DNA of 64,000 nucleotides from Takakia lepidozioides (Eukaryota > Plantae > Bryophyta): NCBI GenBank assembly GCA_030704615.1, contig CM060731.1:62434001-62498000 (forward strand), read 5' to 3'. The position numbers and the translations under genes are program-made. Every line of letters begins with the position of its first letter. The stretch's first letter is position 1. This document shows, piece by piece, positions 47,301 to 59,794 of the stretch. A model generated the notes under the pieces. That model had not been told where the DNA came from. It saw only the letters and a program-made list of their open reading frames with translations, and ran no database searches.

Positions 47301-49165
47301 GAACGAGGAAGCATCCGGGGATGCGGCAAGGAGTGAAGGCACAGGAGGGGCTGCAGCTTTTTCGAGTGCTCCGCATGTGCTGGCCATGTCCGCCACTCCT
47401 ATACCGCGGACTTTGGCATTGGCCATGCATGGAGACATGTCCATTAGTCAGGTCAGTAAGCTGAAACACCCACCACATCTGTTGAATATTTTTTCTGCAG
47501 GATCTCAAATATCAACCAGAGCATTTTATATAGTTGACCACAGTACAATGTTGGCCTACCATCCTGTGAGGGGGAACAGAAAAGGATACAGCCTGGGAGG
47601 AGAAGGGAGAAAAGTGAGGAGAGAGAGATAGCTCTTGGGAGGGTGTCTGAGAGGAGGCCATTGCTCCACTGACAGTCTCATCTGAATGTCTTGGACTTGT
47701 GTTGCATACATTTACATTTGATGCAGTCATGTTGATGATTGTACAGATAACAGAGCTACCACCTGGACGTCCTAGCACTATAACACATGCCTTCCATGGC
47801 AGTGGGAGAGGACGTCAGGAAGCATATGAGGTCCTTCTTTATCTGCCTTGCACAAATGACCTTGATTGCCAACTTTCCAGTAGTTACTTTGAATGAGAAT
47901 TTTAAGAGAGAGTTATATCAGTAATTGTTATTGCCTAGTTAGCCTGTTGTTGTGAATTCTTTGGGGAGTACCTCAGGGTCTTGAATGCACACAGGAACAG
48001 TCTCTTGCTCCAGATTGTCACTTAATCTGCAGGTTGCTTGTGTAGGCCCCTGAGCATCCAATGTCATGGGAAAGGACTACAGCTTACCCCGTTCCAGTGG
48101 ATTGCAGATGTTACGGAAGGAGCTGGAGAGTGGGGGTAGAGTGTTTGTGGTATACCCAGTCATTGAGCCGTGTGAAGACCTTCCAGATGTCCGGGCAGCA
48201 GAGACTGAGTTTGACCGCTTAACTAAGGAATTTGATGATTTCCAGTGTGGACTTGTCCACGGTCGCATGAAGGTCTGAAATATTGTTCACATCTGTAGGC
48301 ATTTTACTTCCACTCACATTCCATGATTATTTTGTGAAATATCTAGATGGCTTTAATTCCCCTGAAGTCCCTAGCCCTGTTGGACAGAAAGTTAGAAGTG
48401 GACAGTAAACCAGAACACTCAATAGCATTCTTTGACACTTATAACCTCTTTATGAGCACGAATGAAGACATAGGTTGCTAGATTTTTTGAAGGATGGGGA
48501 ATGCACTTCTTACGTATTGAGAAACATCGTTTGGGAGGTTGAAGGCGCATGAAAAGGAGGCTGTGATGGAACGTTTCAAGAGCGGAGCAGCCCAAGTCCT
48601 GGTCTCTACTACAGTGATTGAAGTGGGAATCGATATCCCGGAGGCATCCATGATTGTAATAGAAAATGCGGAACGCTATGGAATGGCCCAACTGCACCAG
48701 CTAAGGGGTCGTGTAGGTCGGGGAAGCAGGGATTCAACCTGTATACTTTTGGGCTCAACACCAGGATCATTGAACCGATTGAAGTTGCTTGAGTTGTCCA
48801 GAGATGGCTTCTACTTGGCAGAAATGGATCTCCGGTTGCGGGGGCCTGGTGAGATCTTGGGAAAGCGGCAGTCGGGGCACCTCCCCGAATTTGGTATTGC
48901 AAGGCTCGACCAAGATGGAGAGATTTTGGAACGGGCACGCACTGCTGCTGAGGTAATCGTTGCACATTTTGACTTCACTGCAGTAGTAATGACTGGGTAT
49001 GTAAGTTTCCTTGCAATATCCACAAAAAGGGCAAAGGAAGCCTTGAGCATTTCTCATGATATTTTTGATTGACAGGACTTGCTAAACTCTCACCCTGGCC
49101 TCAAAGACATACCTCGCCTCAAGCAAGAGCTCAGTATGCGCCGGCCACCTTCTGCTTTAAGTTGA
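38363..49165 (+). CDS. RECG: Organellar ATP-dependent DNA helicase RecG, multi-exon (5' exons approximate)
   Basis: Exons encode RKLLQHFPRAY, PYPVYS, ARQRLVFDEF, MSRLLQ/GDVGCGKT, MAPTEFLA, GTHSL, VDEQHRFG, MSATPIPRTL, HGRMK, STTVIEVGID, QLHQLRGRVGRG, DLRLRGPG. Last exon 49076-49165. Confidence 0.95.
39855..39893 (+). mobile_element. Short 3' remnant of the (CATTT)n-tailed LINE in a RecG intron
   Basis: cgcggacgttataaagtaccatttcatttcattt matches the tail at 30604-30640. Confidence 0.7.
40190..40276 (+). mobile_element. 3' remnant of the (CATTT)n-tailed LINE in a RecG intron
   Basis: Near-identical to the reverse complement of 30604-30688. Confidence 0.8.
40299..40629 (+). mobile_element. 5'-truncated copy of the (CT)n-associated LINE with TSD tctcataaac
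   Basis: Homologous to 32855-33100 plus 33222-33305; tctcataaac at 40289-40298 and 40630-40639. Confidence 0.85.
46870..47085 (+). mobile_element. Diverged 3' fragment of the (CATTT)n-tailed LINE family in a RecG intron
   Basis: SCPAHYEI..., SFEDAKCLAAYLHEALRL, then cataaag...catttcattt. Confidence 0.6.
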
Positions 49166-50597
49166 AGATTGCTCTCTCTAATCCCCATGGATATTTCAAA
49201 GTTTCTCTTCCCTCTGGAAGGTATGAAATTTTTCTTTCTTCTTTCCTTCTTTCCTCCTGTCATGCAAAGGGAAATTCCCTTTAAATGTCATCTGGCGAAA
49301 ATCTCACGGGTCTCTATCAAATGTTTGTAGACCCTTCAACATTCAGAAAAGTCTTCCATATCAGAAGGCTTTGATGACACATGAGCATGTAAGGTGCAGC
49401 ATGTCCCTCCCTCAGCTATTGCGGTAGAGTGTTTCATTCCTTTTGTGAAGGAAGATGTTTGTATAAAAGTGGACTACTCAGTTTGGAATCTTTCAGTATT
49501 TCGGGGATTGTTGAAGGCTGTTGGAAAGGAGAGATCAACTTAGATCATCATTTTTGGCCCCATGTAAAGCACATTAATATTGACACCTTGTATACCAAGT
49601 TTGCAGCCAACTATTTTCTTCTACGTTGTATACTTCAGGTCCACATTATGTTTCTATTTTGTATGTTTCTAGGACTTTTTTCCAGTCAATATATTGAGGG
49701 CATCTTCCAAAAGATTCAATATCTACTTCTCCACCTTCGGACCTTGTATTTTTCCCTTCATACAGCTACTTTTGAAAACATGTAGCGAAGGAAATTACAC
49801 TTTGACTTAAAGCTTCCAAATTGTGGTGTCTGTGGGTGATAAAAATGTAATGGGGATATTGTAAATAGTCTGTTACTTGGGCCGATCAAATTTGTTCCTT
49901 GTTGTGGAGAGGGTGTGTGTTACAATTTGGCTTCCAGGCGCTCCGAGTCCACCTGACGAGGAGAGGAGGTGCTCTATATACCTGGCCTGTGAATGCTACT
50001 GACTTTCATCCAGTGTAGAAGATCGATGTGATGGGGACAACTAACCGTTGACATCCAGTAAAAAAACAAGTTGATCATGGACCAGCTCATCAATTCAGTT
50101 ACCTGCATCGGTAGCTTCCCAAAGTCCCTCAGACCTAGGTTGAATTTGTCTCCCTGACTGAGATCTCCCCTCTTTGGACTACTTGTTTGAGAGCCTCATG
50201 GAGCCTTAGGCTCAATGGGCTGCGGCCCCAGGAGAGGAAGTGAGTAAAGGCAGTCTAAAGACATTTTTGAAGCACTAGTGCTCTGAAAGAGGTTAGTTTG
50301 TCCTCTCATTGTAATCAAGGGGCTCAATTTGTGGGCGGTTGCTCACACTTCCTGGGTTATTAAAATTACAAAATAATATGTTAGGGTTTTTCTTCTTGGT
50401 CATGGTTGACTGTTGAGGCCGTATGACACCCTTTGAGATTTAACTCTTCTTCCCCTTCAATAATTCAACTATTAACAATATAGTTATTTGGCTAAAAATA
50501 ATATGATTTTTTGGCTAAAATATATTAGGGTTTAGCCAGAACTTGTCGACGTGGCCTTCTGTCTTGCTGAGAAACAAAAACTTGACACTAGCTGGCA

Positions 50598-50678
50598 TCC
50601 TAATGACTCCAATAGGAGAATTGAACCCACAACCACTCGTGGGAGGGTATGTGCCCTTACCACTCGGCTACATGCTGG
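50598..50678 (-). mobile_element. Degenerate tRNA-like head (SINE or pseudo-tRNA)
   Basis: Minus strand has A-box-like TAGCCGAGTGG and B-box-like GGTTCAATTCT at tRNA-like spacing; cloverleaf is poor. Confidence 0.4.
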
Positions 50679-50972
50679 TTGTCAATGTTCATAACATAGA
50701 AGTTACTCTCTCTTTATTCCTTCTGTCCGTCAAATGTTGTTCCCCTTCACTTGATATATTTTAACTTGTGGTTTCACCTGGGTGTTTCTTTTCTTTTTCA
50801 ATTTATGAAACATAATATTTCTATGAACTAAGAGTAACCATGCATGGGTTCACAGCAGCCCTCTGGGCATGGAGGTGTCTGAAGTCTGAACCTTCTAAAG
50901 GTGGTCCCATGAAGGGCACACCCCCATAGGTAGTACTAGTCAGAAAGTTATGGTTTGCTTGAGAAAAGGAAT

Positions 50973-51055
50973 AATGGGCGAAAGCCTGACGGAGCAATGC
51001 CGCATGGAGGTAGAAGGCCCCCGGGTCATAAACTCCTTTTCTCAGAGAAGAAGCA
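50973..51055 (+). pseudogene. rrn16: ~83 bp plastid 16S rRNA fragment (NUPT)
   Basis: aatgggcgaaagcctgacggagcaatgccgcatggaggtagaaggcc...ttttctcagagaagaagca is the chloroplast-type 16S V3 region. Confidence 0.85.
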
Positions 51056-52338
51056 TGTCATTTCTTTCTTTCTCCTTCCCCTGCAGAAATAGAAATTGAG
51101 GAAGCCTTATGGAATAAAAAACGGCTTGAATCTATTGGTAAATCCTGCTTATAACAATAAAGAGGTTTTCTGTTACAGCAGAACCAGCCGAATTGCTCTT
51201 CCCCAAAAGGGTTCCCAACTTCTTTGCGAAGAAAGTTAGAACCGTGATCTTCCAGCTGCTTAGGCTCAGCTATCAAAAGCTGAGCTGAATCTGTTGTGGG
51301 CTTTCACAAAAAGTGGAAGGAAAAAGCTACCAGTTGATCTCCCTGGAAAAGAAGGTGCCTTGAGGCTCAGAATTTTGTGTGGCCTTGTCGTAATGAGGCT
51401 GGTCAGACTATGGGGCCCGCCGTCTCATTAATATAGGAGCAACTAGGTACCTTCATGGAGCGAGGACTTAGAATTTTTTTGGCATATGAAATTTACAACT
51501 ACCTCCACGCAGGTGAGTTTTAGGATTTCCTACATGAAGGTAGTTGCAAAACCAAGCTGAAACTACCTGCATGAGAGTAACTACACCTCCATGGAGGTGA
51601 TTGTAGTCAGCGCCGACCACCAGAATCACGTTCAGGGAATGAAACCCGAAACCTGCGTCGCCACATCGTCATCGACCAACCACCAGACCCGTACTAACAA
51701 TTTGTAGTTTTTTTCATATATAAGCGAAACTGCGGAATAGGGATCGTTTTAATGTAGCGGGGCCCGCTGTCAGGTCACTGTCCCCTCTGCACCCTGCGGC
51801 CTCATTACGACGAGGCCACACAAAATTCTGAGCCTTGAATGCCACACTTAGATACATGTATATATAGAAAAAGTGAAAGGAAAAAGCTACTGATCTTGAT
51901 GTCCGTGGAAAAGATGGTGCTTGAATGCCACATATAGATGTGTATATATATGGCTCGCCACCACCTTGCGAGCCCATTGCAGAGTCTCTACTTGTCTAGC
52001 AACACTGTTTCTCCAACCCAGAAATTGTATCAAACTGTGCTTGTTTCACTTCCAACTAAGCTGCGCAGTGTGTACAATGTGACTCTTCATCTGCATCAAC
52101 ATTCACCCTAACAAACGATCTCTCCAGAGCACAAATTGTAGAACAAGTCCATCACTAGTGCATCATTTGCATGGTGATTCATCTGTCTTGAAATCTTCTA
52201 GTTTCCGACCTCCCATCTACGTGGGTCTTTATGTTCAGTCAATTGATGTGGGTCTAACAAACAAGATGAGATATGCATGGAGAAACTGAATTTCCCGGTC
52301 TGCTAGTTGTATACTTGGTTTGATCAAGGTAAGCACAG

Positions 52339-53871
52339 ATGAGGCTGACATCTAGTACAAGGCTGCGAAAGAAAGACGAGCAGCTCGTGAGGGTGGGGGA
52401 GTGGCCGGCCACGGATGGCTGTCATATCCGCAAGGATTATGCCCGGGGTAGAAAGCTAGGCGAAGGATCTTTCGGAACAGTATTTGAGATTACAGAAAAG
52501 AAGACGGGGAAACGGTATGCTTGTAAGAAAGTGGAGAAGGGACTATTGGGTCGAACTGGATTGGAGAATCTCAGAAGGGAGATCCAAATCTTGAAGCTTC
52601 TAGGAGATCATCAGCTTGTGAATAAGCTGAAGAGCGTATATGAGGACGACAAACACTTGTTTCTTGTCTTACAATTATGTACAGGAGGAGATCTCCTGGA
52701 GTACTTGGATAGAGCTGGAAAATTGACAGAGAAGGATGCCGCGTTTATCTGCTCCCAACTTGCAGAGGTCTTGGTATGCTTGGAGGACAGGCGTATCGTC
52801 CATCTGGATTTGATGCCGGATAACATATTTCTGGTTTCTAGTAACAGCCTCTCCATTCAAGTTGGAGATTTTGGTATTGCTGAGTTTTGCGAGCGAGGTA
52901 ATTTACAATCCTCAACAATCACTACGTCTGTTTCAACTCCGTTTCTTTGTCAGTGACCAAAGGCGATGTCTTCGCAACTCTCCTGATCGGAACAGCTTAC
53001 AGTTCCCTTTTCGTGGGGATATTTTTCGACATTACAGCAAGTACATGTTAGTTGACTGTTCATGTAGGCGAGAAGAGAAACGTTTTTGGCACATCTACTC
53101 TTCCTCTCTGTTGGAGGATCATTCGACATCATATAATTATATAATTTGCTCACTGAGTGCAGGCGAGAAGAAAACCGTTGCTGGTGGCACAATAGGGTAC
53201 ATGGCTCCAGAGGTTTACCACATATCTTACGATCACAAAGCCGATGTTTGGAGCCTGGGGGTGATTTTGTACTCCCTGCTATCTGCATCCATGCCCCATA
53301 ATGATTCCGGTAAAGGCATGGAATGGAACTTAAGATATGAAGAAGCCGATCTACAGTCAAGCCAATGGGCAACAATTTCGGGATCTTGCAAGAATCTGAT
53401 TTCCAGAATGCTCGCAAAGAATCCTGATGACAGGCCATCCCCTCTTGAGATAAGATGTAAGTAGTGGACTGTAACCATCCCATCATGTAAATTTCCGGCC
53501 ACTCCATGTGTCAGTGTTGTCTAGATTGACGAGCTTTACTCCCTACAACGTTCCCCCGAGGATATTGCAGCTTTGCATGGGGGAGTACTTCTGTCCGCGT
53601 CGTCGTTCTTCTGATCACAATAGATTAGAGTGAACTTCTCGCACTTACAAGACTACGGATTCAAACTTGACAATGTGCAGCTCATCCATGGATATTTGAG
53701 CACATGGAGCCTGATGATTCTGCACTTGTGGGGGTCAAACTACAAGAACAAGGCGGTAGTTTCGACTTCAACAGAAAGGCGCGGAATGGACCATTTTGCA
53801 TAAAGAAGCACATCGACCTTCATGCCAGTGCCAAACGATTTCTCCTTCCACCAAAAAGCCGGGTCCAATAA
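52339..53871 (+). CDS. CDPK/CaMK-family Ser/Thr kinase without EF-hands; exons 52339-52897, 53163-53457, 53681-53871
   Basis: LGEGSFG, YACKK, REIQI, YED, CTGGDL, HLDLMPDN, DFG, GTIGYMAPE, ADVWSLGVILY, HPWI. Confidence 0.88.
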
Positions 53872-56463
53872 TGCTAGCAATGATCTTTACGATAGGCCAC
53901 ACTGTACATCAGGTTCAATGTACAGCAGACAGATCTATCAGATGAACTGCTCAGCATTTCAACAGACTGTGAACATATTTTATGAATGTGAATTTAAACT
54001 TCAAATTTCGAGACCCTTGACTCGCAAACAGAATTATGTAAAGAAGAGTCTATGAGAAGAGAAGTTTCGAACTAAATGAGTCGCCAACCCTCGGATGCCT
54101 TGCTTAGAGCTCTCCTTGCCATCTACCCCTGCACTAAAATGGGACCTCCGGACTCTAGCCAATGTTTCTCCCACACTAGTTCTACTAAAGTTGCCAAGCC
54201 AATTGGAAAGTTGAATGTAAAATTTGAGCCCTCGTAGAACATCACATCGGTTACTGACGCTCAACACACATCACCTGCTGGCGGAACCCTTGCCCCCCAA
54301 AAGTTCTGTCAAAGCCAGCGTTTGATTCCTTGAAATGGTGGGTGCAAAACTCGACGACGAAATCAGAACTGATTATATCTTGCTGACAGTTAGAGAAGGC
54401 TCAGCCCAGGTCCAGAACAAAATAGATTTTACGGCTGTAGACGAACGAACAAATGAACGACGAACTGTTAACATTCGGCTATAGAGGCATGACGAGAGAT
54501 TCCTTCAGTGTACATGTCAACGAAATGACTCCTCTGTAGACACGAAATGAATGCGGTGGAGCAGCAAAGAAAGACATTTAAATCGCAGTAAACTTTCAAA
54601 TGTCAGGGATGTTTCTGCGCCATCCAAACGGTAACCTCAACAGTGGAGATCTGGCAGTGCCGATACTGTTTTCGATCTCTTAATGCATGTTGTTTGCAGA
54701 TTTAGGTGAGTGGGAGAGCTTAGGACGAGGCTGTCGAGAAACTGTCTCCTTAGAAAAGGCTCAGGTTATCTTTTGACTCCAAGTAGGTTTATTATGCCCG
54801 GTGCCCCAATTCTGTAATGATCCAGATTCAGGTCGCAATCCTGCTTCGAGAGCCCTAGAATGACATTCTGGGAACTTAGGGTTTCTTGATATGGATAATG
54901 GTGGGGTAGAGCAAAAGAGAATCAGCGGAGAGGAAGATTAAAGAAGCTTCGGCATGCTCATTTGGTGGGTACCTAAAACTTCTGTGGGGTTCCTGTTGAG
55001 AGATATCTTTGTTACATCGGGGTTCAAAATGCGTGGCAGCGTTCTCAATTTTCCAGCATCAGATTCAGAGGAAAGTTTGGCACACTTGGGAATCCATCCT
55101 TGGCAGATTTTTGGATTAGAGCGGAGAAAGAGAGGGGGAGAGTGTATATGTGTTGATTTTTCGAAATCTTGGCGACTGAAGAAGGGCACTCGGCGGCTTC
55201 AAGAGCCTAGCTTCTAACAGATGGTAGGAGGTGGAGGAAGACCATGGGCTGGTGTTTAACCATGGCTTTTTTCAAGTCAAGATTGCTATCGCGCCCACCA
55301 GTATGTACATTCTCCAGCGTCATTCTTCATGTTAGTACATATTCCTCCTTGCTTTCCCCAGAAATCAAGTGAACTGGTGTTAGAGCTTGACCGCGCTGGC
55401 GAGTTTCCCGCCCCGCAATCCCTGAAGCCAGGACTCTCCAAATTCAACAGGCGGTGCAAGAAGGCCAACCATCTTTATCTCGTTATTTTGTTTAGTCAGG
55501 TGGGACGAAAAATAGAAGAGTGAAAGAAGGTGGTGGTGTATTCACGTGTATTATACATGGGCAGAGAAAGAGATTATCACAGTCACAGAATTGGCAATGA
55601 TATGCAGGCACACCTAGGTGGAACGCAGGGGACGGGACTCGTAAACTTGGGAGCGTTTTCTAGTGGATTGACGACGACCCATGGTAAGCCACCTTTTACT
55701 CTGGTTGCTATCCTCCACTTTTGGCAGTTCACCTCCCTCCCGCCCCCCCTCCTCCCACTCTATGGGTCTGTTCTGTGTCCGTCGTGTCCTTTGTGCCTGG
55801 CCCAGACATAATAATTTCTCTCTTCTTTGCTTAGGGCCCTCTGATCTCAGCACCATTTGTCATCTGTGCAAGTGCCGCTCTTCTAATTATCGCTGTAGTG
55901 TAAGAGGCACACATAGCCAAATATGTGACTTCTGGCAACCTGGAGGAATGCAGTAGCAGTGCTCACAGTGTCATCTGTTTTTAAATCGAGATTGTGGTTG
56001 GCTGTGCATAATGGCCTGGGTGAATTCCAGACCAGAGGATACCAAAGCCTCACAATCACCTCTGGGAAAATTAGCAACCTGCAGAGATTTTGCCCTCAAA
56101 TATTTTTCATGGTCACTGTCCAGAGGGTATTGGTCAACGAATTTGTCTTTTACTTTCCCCGCACATACACATAGCCGGTGGTAGTAGTTGGCTCAAATGG
56201 ACAAGACGCATCGTCAAATCTGACCAGACTGACATCTTACTCAGGCCAGGTTGTGGGTAGATGAATTTGAAATGCTTGAATGTCTCACCGGTAGAACTCA
56301 GATGTTTGGCATTGCCCTGTGACCATAGTTCCCTGTGGAATACTTAGTTGCAGGGGATATTTGACACACATTGCTTTGCTCCCTCCGTAGCAGCGGACCT
56401 CAGTCCTCTTAAAAGTGTCCTGCCACGTCTGAAATCTCTGGTATATTTTGAATTTCTTGCTGT

Positions 56464-58929
56464 GTGCATGAGGCAGAGAAACAGCCCAGAGTAAATTCCA
56501 GTAAAGGGTTAAGGAAGGGAGTCAACACGATTACAACTGGCAGTCATGGGAATTTGACGACACTGTGTAAACAGGGAAAACTGAAAGCGGCCCTGCACAT
56601 GTTGGACCAAGGAGGTGTTCAGGCAGACTCCAATACTTATGCTAGTCTCTTGCAGGGGTGCATCAAAAGGAAGGCTCTAGCAGAGGGGAAGAAAGTGCAT
56701 GCCCACATTATCCAAAGTAAATTCAAGCCCGACGTTTATGTACTCAATACCCTTATCAACATGTATGCCAAGTGTGGAAGCATGGTGCATGCGCGAGGAG
56801 TGTTTGAGGAAATGCCTGAACGAGATATAGTGACATGGACGATGATGATGGCAGGATATGCCAAGCATGGTCTTGCCGATGATGCTTTCAGAGTCTATGA
56901 ACTGATGCATGGGCAAGGTATGATTCCCGACAGGGTCACATACACTACTATTCTCAATGCGTGTGCCAGCCTAGGAGCTCTGGAAAAGGGCAATCGGGTT
57001 CACGCTGACATCATTAAGAATGGAATTGCACCAGACATTATTTTGGAGAATAGCCTCGTTCACATGTATGCCAAATGTGGGAGCATAAAGGATGCATTCC
57101 AAGTGTTTGAGAATATGGCGACACGAGATATGGTCTCATGGAATACATTGATTGCAGGGTATGCCCAGAAGGGACATGCTGAAGAGGCTCTCAAAATCTA
57201 TGGGCAAATGTTGAGGGAAGGGGTGGCACCCAATAGGTTGACATTTGTCTCTGTTCTGAATGCCTGTGCCAGCCTAGGAGTGCTTGAAAAGGTCAAGGAG
57301 GTCCACTGTGACATAAAGGAAGCTGGAATCACATCAGACGTTATTTTGGAGAATACCCTTGTTGACGCTTATGCCAAATGCGGGAGCATGATGGATGCAC
57401 GCCAAGTGTTTGACGAAATGCCTGAACAAAATAAGTTCACATGGACTATAATGATGGCAGGATATGCTAAGCACTTGCATGCTGAGGAGGCCTTGAAAAT
57501 CTATGAGAAAATGCGTGGGGAAGGGGTGACACCTGACAATGTCACGTATACTATCGTTCTCAATGCGTGTGCTAGCCTTGGGGCTCTTGAAAAGGGCAAG
57601 GAGGTTCATGCTAACATCATTGAAACCAGAGTTGCATCAGACCTTATTTTAGAGAATAGTCTTGTTGACATGTATGCCAAATGCGGGAGCATAAAGGACG
57701 CACGTGATGTGTTTGAGAGCATGATTGAACGGAATGTGATCTCATGGAGTGCGATGATTGCAGGATACGCGAGGAACGGTTATGGTGAAGAGGCTCTCAA
57801 ATCCTATGAGCAGATGCAACAGGAAGGATTACTGCCCGACAGGGTCACATACACCACTGTTCTCAATGCTTGTGCCAGCCTAGGAGCCCTGGAAAAGGGC
57901 CAGCAGATCCATGCTGATGTGATCAAAACTGGAATTTTATTAGACATTATTTTGGAGACAACCCTTATTGATATGTATGGCAAATGTGGGAGCATACAGG
58001 ATGCACGTCAAGTGTTCGACAAAATGGCTAAAAGAGATTTGACCTCGTGGAACTGTATGCTCGCGGGATATGCACAGCGCAGGCATGGTGAAGAGGCTCT
58101 CAAAATCTATCTGCAGATGCAACAGGAAGGGTTGATGCCCGACAGGGTCACATACACTTCTGTTCTCAATGCATGTGGCAGTCTAGGAGCCCTGGAAAAG
58201 GGCAAGCAGGTCCATGTTGACATAATCAGAACTGGAATTGTATCAGACACTATTTTGGAGACTGCCCTAGTTGACATGTATGCCAAATGCGGCGGTCTTG
58301 AGGATGCTCGTCAAGTGTTTGACAAACAAACTGAACAAAATGTGGTCTCTTGGAATGCAATGATGGCAGGATACGCTCAACATGGGGGTGTTAGGGAGAC
58401 CCTACAACTATTTGAACAGATGCAACAGAGAGGCTTGAAGCCGGACAGTAGTACATTCACTTCTGTTCTTTCTGCATGCAGCCATGGGGGCCTAGTGGAT
58501 GAAGGCTTGCGGTACTATGATACCATGAGTCAAAATCAGGGCCTGACATGTACTATGGAGCATTTTGGCTGCATCGTGGATCTTCTCGGTCGTGCCGGCC
58601 GATTGAAGGAGGCAGAGGACTTCATTCACAAAATGCCAATGGAACCAGATGCTTCAGTGTGGGGGGCCTTACTTGGTGCCTGCAGAATGCATGGCAATGT
58701 AGAGGTAGCAGAACGTGCTGCAAATTGCATTTTCAAGGGGGATCCACGGGATCCTGCAGCTCATGAGCTGCTATCAAACATGTATGCTGCAGCTAGTAGG
58801 TGGGAAGATAAAGCTAGGCTCAGGAAAATGATGGAGGGCAGGTACCAAGTGCGAGGCAGGGCGAAATTGACCTCTACGGAACCATCTTCTGAGGAACTTA
58901 TGAATGAACCAAGCTTGTTTCGTAAGTAA
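56464..58929 (+). CDS. PLS-class PPR protein, E-type, no DYW in this frame; true start probably in an upstream exon
   Basis: Six MYAKCGS-type PLS triplets, then P2-L2-S2 and E motifs (WGALLGACRMHGN, LLSNMYAA); diverges before the PG box. Confidence 0.93.
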   Translation: MHEAEKQPRVNSSKGLRKGVNTITTGSHGNLTTLCKQGKLKAALHMLDQGGVQADSNTYASLLQGCIKRKALAEGKKVHAHIIQSKFKPDVYVLNTLINMYAKCGSMVHARGVFEEMPERDIVTWTMMMAGYAKHGLADDAFRVYELMHGQGMIPDRVTYTTILNACASLGALEKGNRVHADIIKNGIAPDIILENSLVHMYAKCGSIKDAFQVFENMATRDMVSWNTLIAGYAQKGHAEEALKIYGQMLREGVAPNRLTFVSVLNACASLGVLEKVKEVHCDIKEAGITSDVILENTLVDAYAKCGSMMDARQVFDEMPEQNKFTWTIMMAGYAKHLHAEEALKIYEKMRGEGVTPDNVTYTIVLNACASLGALEKGKEVHANIIETRVASDLILENSLVDMYAKCGSIKDARDVFESMIERNVISWSAMIAGYARNGYGEEALKSYEQMQQEGLLPDRVTYTTVLNACASLGALEKGQQIHADVIKTGILLDIILETTLIDMYGKCGSIQDARQVFDKMAKRDLTSWNCMLAGYAQRRHGEEALKIYLQMQQEGLMPDRVTYTSVLNACGSLGALEKGKQVHVDIIRTGIVSDTILETALVDMYAKCGGLEDARQVFDKQTEQNVVSWNAMMAGYAQHGGVRETLQLFEQMQQRGLKPDSSTFTSVLSACSHGGLVDEGLRYYDTMSQNQGLTCTMEHFGCIVDLLGRAGRLKEAEDFIHKMPMEPDASVWGALLGACRMHGNVEVAERAANCIFKGDPRDPAAHELLSNMYAAASRWEDKARLRKMMEGRYQVRGRAKLTSTEPSSEELMNEPSLFRK

Positions 58930-59794
58930 CCTGTTCACAATACAACTGTAACCAGGAAAAGGGAGACAAGTACGCCATAGTGCAATGCTGTGACATTACA
59001 AAGATGCCACAACCTTACAGCCATCAACCATGCAGAATTTAAGCCCTGATGGCAACCAGATGACACAAAAGTGGGATACGAACTGTCATAGCTCTGTCAC
59101 TCCCAAGCATGTCCCAGTGCTCTGGAAAAACATTCTTGTATACACTGCTGGAACTAAGTGGATTAAGTGAGACTCCTGTTGAGTTGGTACTTCTAAACAC
59201 AGATTTGTGCTGTCGTTGCTTACTTAGTCGCGAGCATCCCGTGGCAGTTGTCAGAGTCAAACCTCGTCACTGGAATGCGAGTAAACACTGGGGCCACATT
59301 GACCACGTCTACCCTTCAATGGCAAGGAATGGCAAGCTGGCTAATGTTTGAATGCCCATCTTAACTTACCTCAGCAGGTGACCGCAATCGAGCACGAAAC
59401 CGACTCTCAAATGTTGAGTAAACAAAGAAGGCAATTGCCCTGGCTGATCTGAGAAATCCTCCTGCAACTGAGCGTGGAATTCCTCACACCAGCACGCTTG
59501 CTCTGACCCGACGACAATCAGGGGTCAAAACCCTAAAAATTATATATACATATTGTCTGGAATGACTGTACATGCCATGCCATGTATGACTTCCATGGTG
59601 CCCACCCATGCGCATACATGGTATGCGATGGATCATAAATCTCTATCGTCCATCTTCTTCCTGCCTGTCTGCTGCTGGGCTGTGGAGGAGGAGGGAGAGA
59701 GGAAGGGCGGACCTTGGATAGGACCTTGCGTCGCGTCTGTTGCTGGAGGACCTTGAGAAGGGTGCGGTGGGGATACTTTGATTCGGTAGTTGCA

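Noticed and set aside
50973-51055. Functional rRNA gene
   Set aside because: Only ~83 bp and mutated; recorded as NUPT
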